Positions 24,951 through 38,059 of a stretch of DNA of 64,000 bases are shown piece after piece. Position numbers and translations under genes: made by a program. The stretch is from Lama glama (Eukaryota). How positions within the stretch are numbered: the stretch's first letter is position 1; each line of letters opens with the position of its first letter. Location of the stretch: NCBI GenBank assembly GCA_028534125.1, contig CM052816.1, positions 91,700,001 to 91,764,000 of the forward strand. Reading direction: 5' to 3'. The notes beneath the pieces are model-generated. The model ran no database searches. It saw only the letters and a list, made by a program, of their open reading frames with translations, and was not told the DNA's origin.

Positions 24951-25766
24951 CCCAGAGGAACAGCAACATGTGGCGAAAGGGTGATGAGCCAAGAGGAGGT
25001 GCGTGTCCCAGGAGGTCCCAGGGAGAAGAGACAACATATAGAATCACAAGGTTTTGGACCACAGACCATGAGGACACGGGAACCACCACAGCCACGTACT
25101 CTATTCCACGTAGCTGGGGAAGTTGACCTCAGTCCAGCCCCAGAGGCAGATCACTTTGAACGGAAGGAGGAACAGGCTTGCGTAGCAGGCAGCTGTAGGA
25201 AGGGCTGCGGGCAGTAGGACCACGGACTAGGCAACAGCGAGGGCATTCACCCATTACTTTATGGAAAAAAAAAAACTAGTTGAAGTAAAAAAAAATATGC
25301 TCGAAAAACACTAACCTGCTATTTAATCACTAAACTTCTTTTCTTAATTAGGTAACTGACTACTCTTGGAAAGGCATGCAGCCTCCACTGTGTCTAACAC
25401 CTGCCCCCTTCCCAGCAAACATTTTAGTTACATTATATTTAGTCCAAACCCACATTTCTAGCCTCTGCCCCTTCTGCAGACAGACCCATGCTGTTATGAC
25501 AGTTCTGCTTGAGTCACTTTTACAACACTGACTCTTCCCACGTAGCAAATACTCATTGAATATTTTGCTAGATTCATGAGCTTGATTTGGAATCCATTAA
25601 TCATTTAGGAAAAAATGGTAACATACCAATTTCACAATTCACAAATTGTATTCGTGTTAATGTAAGTTCTAATATTTATGCTTGGGCCAAGTCAGTGGGC
25701 ACTATGTCAGCGTGTGACAATGTGTCTTTCTATAATGCATGGATAGTTTAACCTCTTTCAAGTATA

Positions 25767-26101
25767 CAGGCATGCCTCAGTTATCGCCCTGTGCCCTACT
25801 GCGCTCTGCAGATACTGTGTTTTTTTTAATAAATTGAAAATTTGTGACACCTCTGCATTATGATTAACGCATTATTACAATATGGTTAGCATTGTTTAGC
25901 AATAAAGTATTTTTTAACTAGTGTATGTGAACCGTTTTTTAGACATAATGCTATTGTGCTCTTAGTAGACTACCATATAGTGTAAACATAACTTTTAAGT
26001 GCACTAGAAAACCAAAAGATTCGTGTGACTCGCTTTATCCTGATAGTCTCTTTGTTGAGGTGGTCTGGAACCAAACCTGCAATATTGCCCAGGTGTGCAT
26101 G
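25767..26101 (+). mobile_element. Tigger1-derived internally deleted element (TcMar-Tigger MITE)
   Basis: TA|caggcatgcctc ... ccaggtgtgcatg|TA; Tigger1 3' text 'agacataatgctattg...gtgtaaacataacttt...gtgactcgcttta...gtggtctggaacc'. Confidence 0.9.
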
Positions 26102-28689
26102 TAATGGTTCTGTATGAAACTAAATTATAATCGTCAATCGAACAGTCAATCCAAAATCACTGAATTCCCAAAGAGAGAGAAATCCAGAGGGTGCAAAACT
26201 CCTATGCTCTTTCAGGATTCAAGTCCAAGGGCAAGGTCTCCACCCTTGACAGCATTTTGTTTTGTGTATTTGACTCCAAGAAGCTGAAGGAGGAAATTGC
26301 ACCTGAGAGGGAATCCCTTTTGACGTAATCTTGTGGTTCCAAATAGGCAAGTATTGCATTTTAGACAAAGTGGAGTTTCTATAGCTTGTGATTTTAAAAT
26401 ATACAAACCATTCACTATAATTCTGACCTTCAGCCCCATTACCTTTTAAAACAGAGTTCCTAAGCTGGCCTCACACATGCCTCTGCAAATTAATATAATG
26501 CAGGAGTCCCTCATTTGACATGTGGGGATTTCTTAATTTTACCTAAAAAAAAAAAACCCATCATAAATGAAAATATAAATAAAAGAGACAAATAAGAACA
26601 TGCATTAAAGATTTCATTTTAATTACCAAGAAGAGTTTCATTGCTATTGTGTTATTTGGTGCACCATTAATAAAAATCATAAAACACCAATATGCCTTTT
26701 ATATTAATCCAGGCTTCTCCTTCTCTTGTTTTTATTTTGCTTGCTGGCCGATTGGTTTAATAAACAAAGTGACCCTTAAATCTTGAAAGAACAGCTAACT
26801 CTTGCAATGCCTGGGGTATGAAGAACAGTCATCTGAGGAAAGAAAATATTTCAGACGTGAATAAATAAACACATCTGTGGAATTAATGTAGGAATTATTT
26901 GGTCAACTTTGCCAGCACCGACTTTCAAATATTGAATTTTATATCTGGGGGGAAAAAATGTTCAAGTATGGAAAACAAACATGCCACGGACGAAAGAGCT
27001 CGTAAGATTCACCAGAGGGAAATGGAACAAGAAAATCCGTCCATCTGTTCAGACCTAATTTTTTTTTCATGGCATTTGGAAACGTGCTGGACAGAGATAA
27101 CTTTGTTCAGTCCTGAAGTGCAACTTGACAGGGCTGTTGTTCCTGGCACCCGACGCACCACACAGGACCATGAAGAGCACGGAGCCGGCCAGGAAAAGGC
27201 AGCTGCCAGTGGCTGCGAGGGAATCAGAGCCCCCAGATCAGCCTTCGGTCCCTCTGTCCTCTGAGCACACGCAGGAATTCCATCTATCAAGCAAATTCAT
27301 CATCTCGATTTACCGACAGCAAACTCTCAGAATGGAAAAGGGACCATGTGTTCTGTGACACACCGCACATCACAGAGATGATTTAAGAGGGTGCTGTCAG
27401 GAGACTGATACTCTGCACTACCTTCCTCTCAGTCATCTGTGTCCTGTACTCATTAATTTTTTCACCCAGAAGCAACATTTTCTTTTTCCTCATTTTTCCC
27501 CCTAAGATCCTTCCTATTCTCCCCTTCCTGGGATCCTGTGGAGTATTTTATTTTTCTTTTCAACCACATTCCCTCTTGCAAACAAGAATGAACTTAGCAG
27601 GTGTATCTCTGGTATCAGTGCTGCCTAGATAAACCACACTCCCCCCAGCCTCACCAATAGTGAGATGCACACCCCAACATCACCACCAAGACAGAGGAGC
27701 AACCTGGCTTACAACACAACCTCTTAGCATGGGGGTTCCACCACCAAAGTATGTTCGAATAATCAATTCTGATCTCTCTAAAAAGTTGTGGGTGTTAGGT
27801 CTGTTACTAGGTCATCCAAATTAACACTATTTTGTAAGTGATGCAGTATTCTGGAGAAATTCAAGTTTAACATTTTGTTATCAAATTTGTTACCAGAAAA
27901 TTGTCCTGTTGGGTCAATTGTCCTGTGAAGGGAAAGATAAACTCTAGAAATAGCTTCTCCAAAATAGAACAAAACTTATTTTTACAGTAGGAACATGAAC
28001 AAGGTTTCATGTAATAATTCAACTATATCTACACTCTGTTCCTAAAACCAAACCAAACTAAACTAACCCTCCCATGTCATTTAACAGTTAGAAAATCTCA
28101 GTGGTCCCATGTTTATGACAATTCTATGAATTTACATAAAACAGCATGTTTTGAATTTTTATCTTACACATCTTTGATGTATTTCATAAACACACCCGTA
28201 AGATTTTGAGGTGCCTTGGAGGAATACAGAAAAAATGAAAAGCAAAGAGCTCAAGAAACTAGAATCCATGAAAAATGAGGCAGAGAAATAATAAATAGCC
28301 AAGATATGATTCATACCAGGACATCTTAAAATCTTACACAAGTTTTTACAAGTAGGCTGCACGTTTGATTCTGAACTTCCTAGTAGCCAGAGAAAATAGG
28401 CAGCCATGATCAGTTATAAGATTCACACGAAAGTCTGAGAGAAAGTTCTTCCAAATTTCTCCATTGTCTGAAAGTGTAGACTATGTGAAATTGGGAAAAT
28501 GTCTTTAAAATGTATTCTATTTCTACATCTTGTGTTTCAAGAGAATTCTAAGTACATATCGCTTCCTGGTCACTAAACTTGTTAGCCTGAGAGTGAGATG
28601 CTAGCCGTCTGGATGCTCTTCAGTCGTTTTGTGAAGCATGTGCTCGTCTGTCATGGAGACTTTACTTCCATTCTCCTCTAACATGCATC

Positions 28690-28870
28690 ATACAGCAGGA
28701 CTGAGCATGGTTAGGAACGTGGCATTTGAAACTGGCACATTTAATTAGTACTATGACCAGGTTGAGTATCGTTTTTCTCATTTGTAAAATGGTGGAATCA
28801 AATTAAATCACTTATGATATTGCCTGGAGCAGAGTAAGCACTAAAACTGTTAATTATGATTAAATTTGTC
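28690..28870 (+). mobile_element. MIR fragment
   Basis: 'gtttttctcatttgtaaaatgg...tgcctggagcagagtaagcact'. Confidence 0.65.
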
Positions 28871-29724
28871 ATTACTCTTCACTATTAATATTTAAGTCTG
28901 TGTGTCACATAGAATTATTTATTACCACTTAACTATTAATGTTTATGTTTGTACATAACATACAACAGTGTACAATCATAATGCTAATTCTGCTTTTAAA
29001 AAAGATACATATCATTACTAATAGACTATGCAGTGAGGTTTTTCCCAAATGGAGTTTGTGTGTGAGCGTCTATTAAATCAATTTAGTGCTGGTTTGGAAT
29101 CACGGTATTTTTTTCCCTTTCTTACCTTATAAGGTAATCAGAGTCAAAGAAAGAGGCTAATAACAGATATTTTACATGCCATTATTTGGAACATTAGTCA
29201 TTTAAAAAAGCCATCATCCAGTTGATGGTCTCGGGATACAGCATAATCAACAAATTCTTGGAAGTCAGCCATCCAGGCACAAGATCTCTGCTGGTGTTAA
29301 GAGAAAGGGCACACTAAATTGTCCAGGACAATGAATTCAGAAACCTAAAATTAAAATTTTAGTTACTGACACCAAGTATCTGCAGGCCTGGATGATGTGG
29401 AAACAGTCTATAAAGAAACTGACACAAAAATTTTTGTCATTCTTCTTGGCTTGTTACTTCCAGTGAAAAAACAGATTCTTTAATTGTATATGCTCTTGTC
29501 ATCCTGTCAGTGCATTTCTATCATGCTTTAACTCTGCAGAGGTTACTTTGCTCATTTAACTAAATTAGGTCCATACAACATCAAATATTGCAGTCCACTG
29601 TGACACTAGTAAATCACTCATCATCCAATCCTTAATTCTACAACACTGAGCAAATCAGATGATGTAAGAGTCAAATTATTTGGCTATTTCAGGCGGGGAC
29701 TCATGACATTCCTGATCTGTCTTG

Positions 29725-29940
29725 TACTGGAAAAGATTCCAACATGGAAAGTCAGAAGATCTTTATTTATATCTGAGCTTCCCACCCCTGAATTTCTGAC
29801 TTTGACCTAGATACTTACATCTCTTAGCCTCAAAGCACTTAACTCTAAAGTAGAAAGAATAATTATCACTAGTTCAAGGACATACTGTGAGGATAATATG
29901 TGATGTTTGTAAAAGCCTTTGAAAATTAAGAAATATTACA
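29725..29940 (+). mobile_element. MIR3/MIRc-like SINE
   Basis: 'gaaagtcagaagatct...tgactttgacctagatacttacatctct...tgtgaggataatatgtgatg'. Confidence 0.6.
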
Positions 29941-30214
29941 CAGAAGTAGAACCAGAGTTCACGATCTGACTCTCACTCAGTTATATTCAGATACACGATC
30001 CCAGTGGTTTAGGCAAGGATCAATCTCACAGGAGAGTGATTACAAACTAGAATCCCAGTTTTAAAACTTAAATTGCAGGACATAATTGGTCCAGGCTTTC
30101 TTCACAGAGTACCTCTTTCTAATGGCCAAGTCTTCTTAAGACACTAAATTATGCATCAAAAGTTTCCTTTTATGAGCACAGCATTACAGGAAATATAGCA
30201 AAGAACTTTCCCAA

Positions 30215-30442
30215 AAGTTAAGCACAAAACTCTGGAATCAAACTATCCGAGTTTGGAATCCTGGTCTACCATTATTTCTCTATGCCTGTTTGTATCTCCA
30301 AGCCTATTTCTTTATCTGCAAAGATGAACATAATGATAAAACTTAGAATAGTTGTGAAGGCTAGGTGAGATAGTATGTATCAAGCACTTATGCAGTGCCT
30401 GGCAAACACTGAGTGCTCAAAGAATGCTTACTCTCATTATCT
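30215..30442 (+). mobile_element. MIR SINE
   Basis: 'ctctggaatcaaac...gttgtgaaggctaggtgagata...cagtgcctggcaaacactgagtgctcaa'. Confidence 0.8.
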
Positions 30443-30919
30443 GTTAACAGGGGACCAATATCCTACATCATTGAATGAAGAATGATAGTTCGCCATGTGA
30501 GAAATACTTAATCTCTTCACTTGAGTATGAAGTATACAATATAGAGTGGAGATGGATAAACCAGGTGGAGGAATGATCTACCATCTACAGATCAGTCAAA
30601 ATTATTTACAGGTCAAGTGCAAGGAAAACATGATGTCACCATTTCCTTGGCTGTGCATCAAGTTTTGTTAAAAAATATTAATAAGATAAACATTCCAAAA
30701 CCGATCAAGAAAAAAGAAAAAAGTCTCAAATGAAAACATATTGTAAGAAAAAGAGATGAAATAAAACAAAGGAAGATGACAAATAAAACAGTTGAAAAGT
30801 TTAAAACTTAGATGAAATGGAGAAAATACTAGAAAATGGAACTTAATGAAACTGACTCAATAAGACATAGAAAGTATAAAAAGCCCTCATTATAAAAGTA
30901 TTTGAATCTGTTTTATTGA

Positions 30920-31129
30920 CAGGAGTCAGCAAACTACAGCCAACAGTCTAGCTGTCTATTTGTAAATACAGTTTTATTAAAACACAACCATGCTTATTTA
31001 TTTACATATTATCTATGGCTGCTTTCATAGCCCAACTGCAGAGTTGAGTAGTTACGATAGAGATTTCATGGCCCACGAGCTGAAAATGTTTATCATCTGA
31101 CTCTTTAAGAAAAAGTTTGCCATAACCTG
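30920..31129 (+). mobile_element. MER58A hAT-Charlie
   Basis: TIRs caggagtcagcaaact ... aagtttgccataacctg; 'tttacatattatctatggctgctttc'. Confidence 0.9.
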
Positions 31130-31499
31130 CTGTTTGAAGTCAAATTCTACTTATGAATATATATGCAAAAAAAGACATTAAAAGACAAAAATGATTATTA
31201 ATAGCTACAGTAAAAAAAATTCAATAAAATCCAATATCCATAATGAGTTTTTAAAACATTCGCAAACTTGGAATGGAAAGATATTTCCTTAGTCTAATAA
31301 AACCTGTTTAAATAACACCTACAACGATCATCAAATTTAATGGTGAAATGTGGAAAAGCATTCGCTTTAAGAATAAGAAAAATGTGATGAGGCTTATTAT
31401 TTAAACCTTCCACTTAACATTGGATGTTCTGGCTAGCAAAATAAGACAAGAAAAATAAAAATAAAAAAATAAATAAATAAAAAATTTTCACTTCCATAC

Positions 31500-31870
31500 A
31501 TCAGCACGTTGATAAATGTAATGTTTGAAAAAGAACATTAGACTCAGCAAAAAAAGCCAGATCCCCAAAATATACATTCCATATGATTCTATTTATATTA
31601 AAGTCAAGAACAGGCAAAACTAATCTACAGTGACAGTGAATCAGTGGTTTCCTGATTGAGAAAAAAGGAGGATTTGACTGAAATGGGGCAATAAGGAACC
31701 TTCTGGGATAACAGGAATGTTTTACTTCCTGATTGTGGAGGTGGTTACATGAGTGCATACATTTGTCAAAATTCATCAAACTGTACATGTATGTCTTTTC
31801 ATATGGTTTCACATATATGGTGCATTTCATCATATGTAAATTATGCCTCAATTGATTTAAAAAGAAAAAA
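31500..31870 (+). mobile_element. L1ME-type 3'UTR nested in the older L1M
   Basis: 'aacaggcaaaactaatcta', 'ggtggttacatgagtgcatacatttgtcaaaattcatcaaactgtaca', 'gtaaattatgcctcaat' plus A tail. Confidence 0.8.
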
Positions 31871-32349
31871 GGGAAGACAGAAAAATCTTTACACCAGCAA
31901 CCAGAACTATAAGTACTTAAGAATAAATCTAAAAAAAAAGTTTTAAACATTTTAAGATTATATTAAGATATGAAGAGACCCACAATGGAGAGCTATACAA
32001 TATTAATGCATAAAAAACTCAGTATCATAAAAGTTTCTGTTCTCATCACACTGACCTAAGATTAAATGCTATTTCATTCAAAATTCCAAATTTTTGTGAA
32101 ATTCACAAAACAGTTATAAAGTAGACACAGAAGAGGGAAGAGACAAGATAGCCTCCAATAAGAACAATCAAGATACTCCTGAAGAAGAAAACTGTGAAAG
32201 GGGATTGCCCTTCCAGATATCAAGTTGAATTTTAAAACTGAATGAATTAATACAGTGTTGTGTCAGAGCAGAAATAAACAAATAGGACATGAGAATAGAA
32301 TGTAAACCCAGAAGTGACCCACGTAGACTATTCAGTCAGGGGTGTTGGG

Positions 32350-33160
32350 CAATACTGTACTGGAGCTGGTTTGAACTGGCTCACAATAGCTGATTGTTAA
32401 TTTTTTTTTAATTTTGCAAGCTATTTGCTAATATAACCATTGTTAAAAAGTAAATTGCACAAACTTACAATTAAGTGAATTTTATTAATAACAAAAGATG
32501 TAAATACTCAAAATTCATCACTTTCTAATGATTTTACTGTATTTTACTAAAACTCATGCTCTCGAGATCACTTATGTCTTTTCATCTGTGTGATGGAAAC
32601 ACTATGTAATGTGGACCACAGCATGCCTTTTCCTAACTCTGTGTTCAGCAATTTTTTATCAGTAGCTCAAAACTGGCAATTGTGGGAGTATTTATACCAA
32701 GGAAAATTTTCCATGCTACAAATCAGGGTTTGACTTATTGTTTTGTGTATTGCCTATTCTTAAGAGCATAATAGAAAAATATTAATAATGCAAATTAAAC
32801 TTTAAAGTGTGTCATGTCTAAAAAAAGCATGTCATGTCTATAAATCATTACAATGTGAATAGTACAAAAATTAAGAAAATATTATTCTAGTATTCAAATG
32901 TTATTATCTGATTCAATAAAGAAGTCATTAATGTCACTGACAAATGGTGAATTTCCGAAACACATTTTGTTTCCTTTTTGTATTACTTGTTAACATAAGC
33001 AAAAAATGATCCAATAGACCATACTACACTCATTCATCAATTGCAACGATAGGTTGGCTACAAATACAATAAAAACAGTAAAAGCATTCTGTAATAATCA
33101 GTTGGTTAAATAAATTCACCCATAAATAATATTGTATAAAATATTTATAATATACACAGA
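32350..33160 (+). mobile_element. MER63 (C/D-like) hAT-Blackjack DNA transposon
   Basis: 'tactggagctggtttgaactggctcac', 'aaatactcaaaattcatcactttctaat', 'gtgggagtatttatacca', 'gctacaaatcaggg', 'caattgcaacgataggttggcta'. Confidence 0.8.
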
Positions 33161-33344
33161 CATATTTTCACTGCATTATAGTATTCCATTATGTAACATA
33201 AGTTATCCAATGCCCTGTTAACCCGTAACTGAGTTGTCTTCAGATTTTTTTTAACAAAATTCAGATTTTTCTTAACTGCTGTTAAGAACAATTCTATGAA
33301 ATCCTGGTGCATATGTACAAGAAGTCAGCCAGTCAAGGAAATGT

Positions 33345-33720
33345 GCCCACCTGATGCCTGCACCCTGTGCTAGCCCACACTCAGATATCCAGGACCCTGG
33401 CATGCCCTGCCCAAGTGGCCTTGGCCCAGTTCTAGGCACAGTGTCAATCTAGTCCCTGGACCAAGCCCAGTAGCAGACTGTGCCATTGCTGTGTGTACCC
33501 CTAAGCTTGATGGATAGCCAAGAGCAACTGTTTGTGGGGGTTGGGGGTGGAGTCTAGACATGCAGACTGTGATGTCTAAGTGTATATGTGCAAGTTTCCT
33601 GTTGGTGTAGGATAAGGTATGGGTGTGAATGTGGCACCAAAAATCCTAGAATTCTAAATCCAAACATGGCCTTCCAGGCTGTTATGAAGAAATGTCTATC
33701 AAGATTGGAGGACTGACCTT
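33345..33720. mobile_element. MER115/Zaphod-like hAT-Tip100 fragment
   Basis: 'gtgtacccctaagc', 'agaattctaaatccaaacatggccttccaggctgttatgaag...tcaagattggagga'. Confidence 0.55.
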
Positions 33721-34990
33721 ATGAGCATGACATATATCTGTTCAATATTTATCCAATGGTAGGAAGACCTCCATTTATACTCTGAAAGCCTGCTATTACA
33801 AGTATTATTAAAATATTTCATAACAAAATATTTCTTAAGAAGAAAGAAATATGCTAAGTGCATAATAAATGCAATTATTTAGGCAATACTTGCAATTTTT
33901 ATAATAGCAAAAATGATCTGGCTAGCAAAAAAAAATAGTGTATAATGTAATCTTACTTTAAAAGTATCTTTATCTGGGCTGAAAATATGCCTGGGAAAAA
34001 TATCACAACAATACTCACAACTCAGGAAAAAGACTTTAAAAATGGGAGGTGAGGAAATAAAGACAAGGGAAAAAATAAAATATTTGAAAAGTTTAACTGA
34101 AAAAGAGCTGAGAATTGGCCCAGTTGGGTCTGAGAGTCCAAAAAGGTCTTCACTCTCTTTTGTAAGCTGGGGAATATTTATTTTTGTATTATCATGGGAG
34201 TAAACAGAGAGAGAAGCATCGAAGATGACGCAGAGGGAGGAGAAAGGAGAAGGGAGTAAAAGAGGGAAAAGAGAGAATATAAATAATTTTACCTGAAATG
34301 CAAATAACAAGGTAAGGCCTAAAATGACTAATTTTCCCTGTATGTTTTGATCTTTGTTTGTTATGATTTCAGGCAAAGTATTTGTAGATTTTGTGAGTGA
34401 CCTTATTTATGGATCCTGTAGCTCCATAGCTTTGGAACTCTTTCATCACTTTAAATATTCACAGGTCTCTTAAAATCACATGCCTAAAGGAATTTAGAAA
34501 GAGGCTGTTCTGTTTAACAGCGTAGATTTCACACAGAAAAACAATTCTTTGAAGATCCAAAATAAACACAATCTTTAAACAGAAGATGAAATGAAAGTTT
34601 AACTAACCTTATAATAAAATAAAATATTGAGCTTCAAAGGTGTGCGTGAATGAGCATTATACAAACCTCTTCTATCCAATGGTTACAACTCTCATAAATA
34701 TTCTATCATAAAATCAAAATTATACATCTGAAATTTAAGATGAGATCTTTTTAAATAGTAAAATACTCCAGAATTAAAATCAGGTATTATTCTTCTGCAG
34801 AGAAAGTTGCACCATGAATAAACTTTAACAGAGGAAGAAAAAATACTATACATAAAAATCATTACTTTCAAACATATTTCTCACTTGACTCATCAATGCC
34901 TTTATTTAACAAACTATTTGCACTGTGAAAACATCCAGCTTGATCCAGAACAAGTTCATTCTGGTTTTAGGATTTTGGCATTTCTCTCCC

Positions 34991-34994
<4 letters not shown>

Positions 34995-35032
<38 letters not shown>
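34995..35032. repeat. (GT)n microsatellite
   Basis: Perfect run of about 19 units. Confidence 0.98.
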
Positions 35033-35034
<2 letters not shown>

Positions 35035-35451
35035 CAGAGAAGCAGGAGAAACTGTCAGTTTAGCTGGCAAGAGTCATATTAACCTATTATAAGCACTGAT
35101 GCTATAATTATATATACTCTTTCCAATAAGCCAGTTTGAAAGGAAGCAGCTAAGAACAGGTGATAGCTGATGATGCCACTGGTGCCAAAGCTAATGGCTT
35201 AATGTACAAAACAATGGGCCATATTAGAAAACATAATCGTTGACCAACACATTTCAGATAGTGATGACTGCTGAACTTATTAAATAAGAGAGAAAAATTA
35301 GCTAGGCATAAGTGCAAAATCAGACTTAACGATTTAAAATTACGAATCTGTAACAAATTATTAAATAGTTTCCCAATATTTACCACCTACATGTGTGCTT
35401 GAAAGGGTCCACCATAGAGATGGATCACGTCATCAGGAACAATGTGGTTTT

Positions 35452-35762
35452 CTTTTAATTGAAGTACAGTCAGTCACAATGTGTCAATTTCTGGTGTACA
35501 GCACAACGTCCCAGTCATGCATATACATACATATATTCACTTCCATATTATTTTTCATTAAAGATTATTACAAGATATTCAATATAGTACCCTGTGCTAT
35601 TCAGAAGAAACATGTTTTTTAAATCTATTTTTATATATAGTGGCCAACATTTGCAAATCTCAAACTCCCAAATTTATCCCTTCCCATCCTCTTTCCCCAG
35701 GTGAACATAAGGTTGTTTACTATGCGAGTCTGTTTCTGTTTTGCAGATGAGTACATTAGTGC
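35452..35762 (-). mobile_element. Camelid-type L1 3'UTR fragment
   Basis: 'attgaagtacagtcagtcacaatgtgtcaatttctggtgtacagcacaa'; perfect 13-bp TSD acaatgtggtttt at 35439-35451 and 35763-35775. Confidence 0.92.
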
Positions 35763-36084
35763 ACAATGTGGTTTTATAACGCCATTTTAAGTATGGAGAA
35801 AAGTTAAGTCATTTACTCAGCCATCCAACGAAAATGCAATCAAACCTTAAAGTTTTAAAACATGGAAGTTTCTAACAGAATGTCTTCCGTCTGACTCTTG
35901 AATGTTTTCAAGGAAAGAGCCAAAGGAGGTCTTTGAGTAAAATGTCCTGGGGCATCCATAATATGAGCTCTTGCTTACTACACTTGGAAGATAATGCTAA
36001 TTAATAGTCATATTGCTAATAAATGACAGGTTTAGTGTTGGTATTATGGTTTATCTCTCACATCCTACTTTAAGCCTAGAAACT

Positions 36085-36195
36085 CGACAGAGATTGTAAA
36101 TGTAGACTTGCAGACAATTGTGCTGACTCTTGAATGACCTCAGTACACAGCCTGATGCCTGGCACAGAACGAGTGATGTCTGTTGAACAAACAAG
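36085..36195 (+). mobile_element. L2 3' end fragment
   Basis: 'agattgtaaa...tgcctggcacaga...tgttgaacaaac'. Confidence 0.5.
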
Positions 36196-36637
36196 ATTCA
36201 GTAACTACTGAATCTGAATACACATTCAGCTCCTCACCTGCCGGGCACTTCTGAATCAGTGAATGGGTAATAGTTGGTCTCACGTGACTCATCTCCCATT
36301 GCTGTTCTCCTTTCTAATGAGACTCCTGGAGAACTCGACTGAATTCTCCCATGATCTGTGGCCTCAATCAAGACAAGCTACCATCACATTAATCCTTTCT
36401 ACAGATTGTCTGATATTTCCTTTAGGTACAGATTTTGATCAACAAACAAATGTCCATCCTTGTTAAGACATTAGAAAGATAAACACACTCAGAAAAGACC
36501 TAATTGATTAGCTGGTAGAGAAAAATAAAATAAAATTGCCACCTTAAAAGGGTTTGCATGAATTTGATTGTTTCTATATGCTGTCACAATTTCTAAGTGG
36601 ATAATGTAATAAAAGAAAATAAATATCCTTCATCTTC

Positions 36638-36850
36638 AGGAAGCACTATATTGTAGTGGTAAGAACAAGACTGTTATTTGACCAACCACCATCTACTATC
36701 TTAGCTATAAAATTTTCCTTCTTTGTAAAATAAGAATACAAAAACCTGTGTCCTACAGGGCTCGTGTGGTGTTTGTATCACAGAATTGTAAGTCATTGGT
36801 CTAGCACAATGTCAGAAAAACCACAGCTACTCAAATAATGATATTCACTA
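36638..36850 (+). mobile_element. MIR fragment
   Basis: 'ggaagcactatattgtagtggtaagaac...ttttccttctttgtaaaataag...cctacaggg'. Confidence 0.55.
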
Positions 36851-37220
36851 TTGCTCTGGCTATTTTTTCAGTTAAAGCAAAAAAAAAAAAGGAAGAATTT
36901 AAAGTGACAACAGAATAACTATTTAATCTTCTTGCTAAAAGATTTATCATGTCTGATTGAGGAAACAAAGACTGAACTTGCTTTTTCATAAGAAAAAAGT
37001 AAAGGTGTGAAATCCCACTAAAAAGATGTCTTCAAACCTTTGACTGTTCCCCGGAGAAATGTGTGCATCTTTTTCAAACCAGCCTTGAGAGAACCACAAA
37101 GACAATCCCATGGTTCAGGACAACACTGGTTCAAGTCAATTCCTAGAAAGTAACTAATGGTATTCTCTGAGCTTAGAGTTCCATTCTAAATTGTGTTCAA
37201 TAGTCAAGATGCAGATTTCA

Positions 37221-37423
37221 TAGACAAACAACAAGGTCCTACTATACAGCACAGGGAACTACATTCAATAACTTGTAATAAACTATAATGAAAAAGAAAT
37301 GAAAAGAATATAGACAGATACATATGTGTGTATAACTGAATCACTATTCTGTACACCAGAAACTAACACAACATTGCAAATCAACTATACTTCAATTTGA
37401 AAAGTACCTTTCGAAAAAAAATT
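37221..37423 (+). mobile_element. L1 3'UTR fragment (cetartiodactyl-type)
   Basis: 'aacaacaaggtcctactatacagcacagggaact...aatcaactatacttcaat'; TSD core cagatttca at 37212-37220 and 37424-37432. Confidence 0.9.
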
Positions 37424-38059
37424 CAGATTTCAGTAGGAAAGTGAAGCCAACTTGCTTGAATAAAAGTGTGGGCTCATCCTTGTGTGAAGCCCACAAATAA
37501 AAAGGGCTTTGGTGATGTTTAAAATGATAGCAAAGCCCTCTTGTAACCAGTTTTTTTTTTTTAATTATTTCTCAGTCAACTGAAATTCTGTCTCCCTCAA
37601 TACACATTCATGAGACGTTCGGGTGATCTGAATGTTTAAAGGGGGAAAAAAAAGAAGGTTATTTATGTTTCCTCAACACTGCAGAACTGTACTGATGATA
37701 CTTATTTTAAACATTACATATCTTTCCCTTAGAGGAAAAGCCCATTATTATTTCAGCTGAAAGCAATAACTCTCAAACTGGGAAATGTTTCCAAATCAAA
37801 AACTTGTGATTATCAAAATGCCTGGATGCCTGGCTGTTATTTTGTTTGTTTATTTAAAGGCATCCCTTAAAGGGTCAAATATATATGAAGACATTTACTT
37901 AGCTAGTCTTCAACTGACTTTGCCTCTAAGTACTAAAATATACAAATATTATGAAAGATAAGAACAGATTATTTATTTTAGTAGCTTCATGATTTTCCAC
38001 TTTAGTTTATCTGAACCTTAACTAATGTCAAAACAAAAGACCCCTTGAGATTTGTTGTC

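Larger units (their letters stand above)
30670..32330 (+). mobile_element. Ancient L1M ORF2 remnants with nested insertions
   Basis: 'aacttagatgaaatggagaaaatactagaaaa', 'aaatttaatggtgaaa', 'ttaaatgctatttcattcaaaattcca', 'ttgcccttccagatatcaag'. Confidence 0.7.

Noticed and set aside
31501..31950. 149-aa ORF
   Set aside because: Antisense reading of an L1 3'UTR
33879..34376. 165-aa hydrophobic ORF on the minus strand
   Set aside because: Reverse of purine-rich sequence and an L1-like remnant; non-ATG start; no recognisable domain
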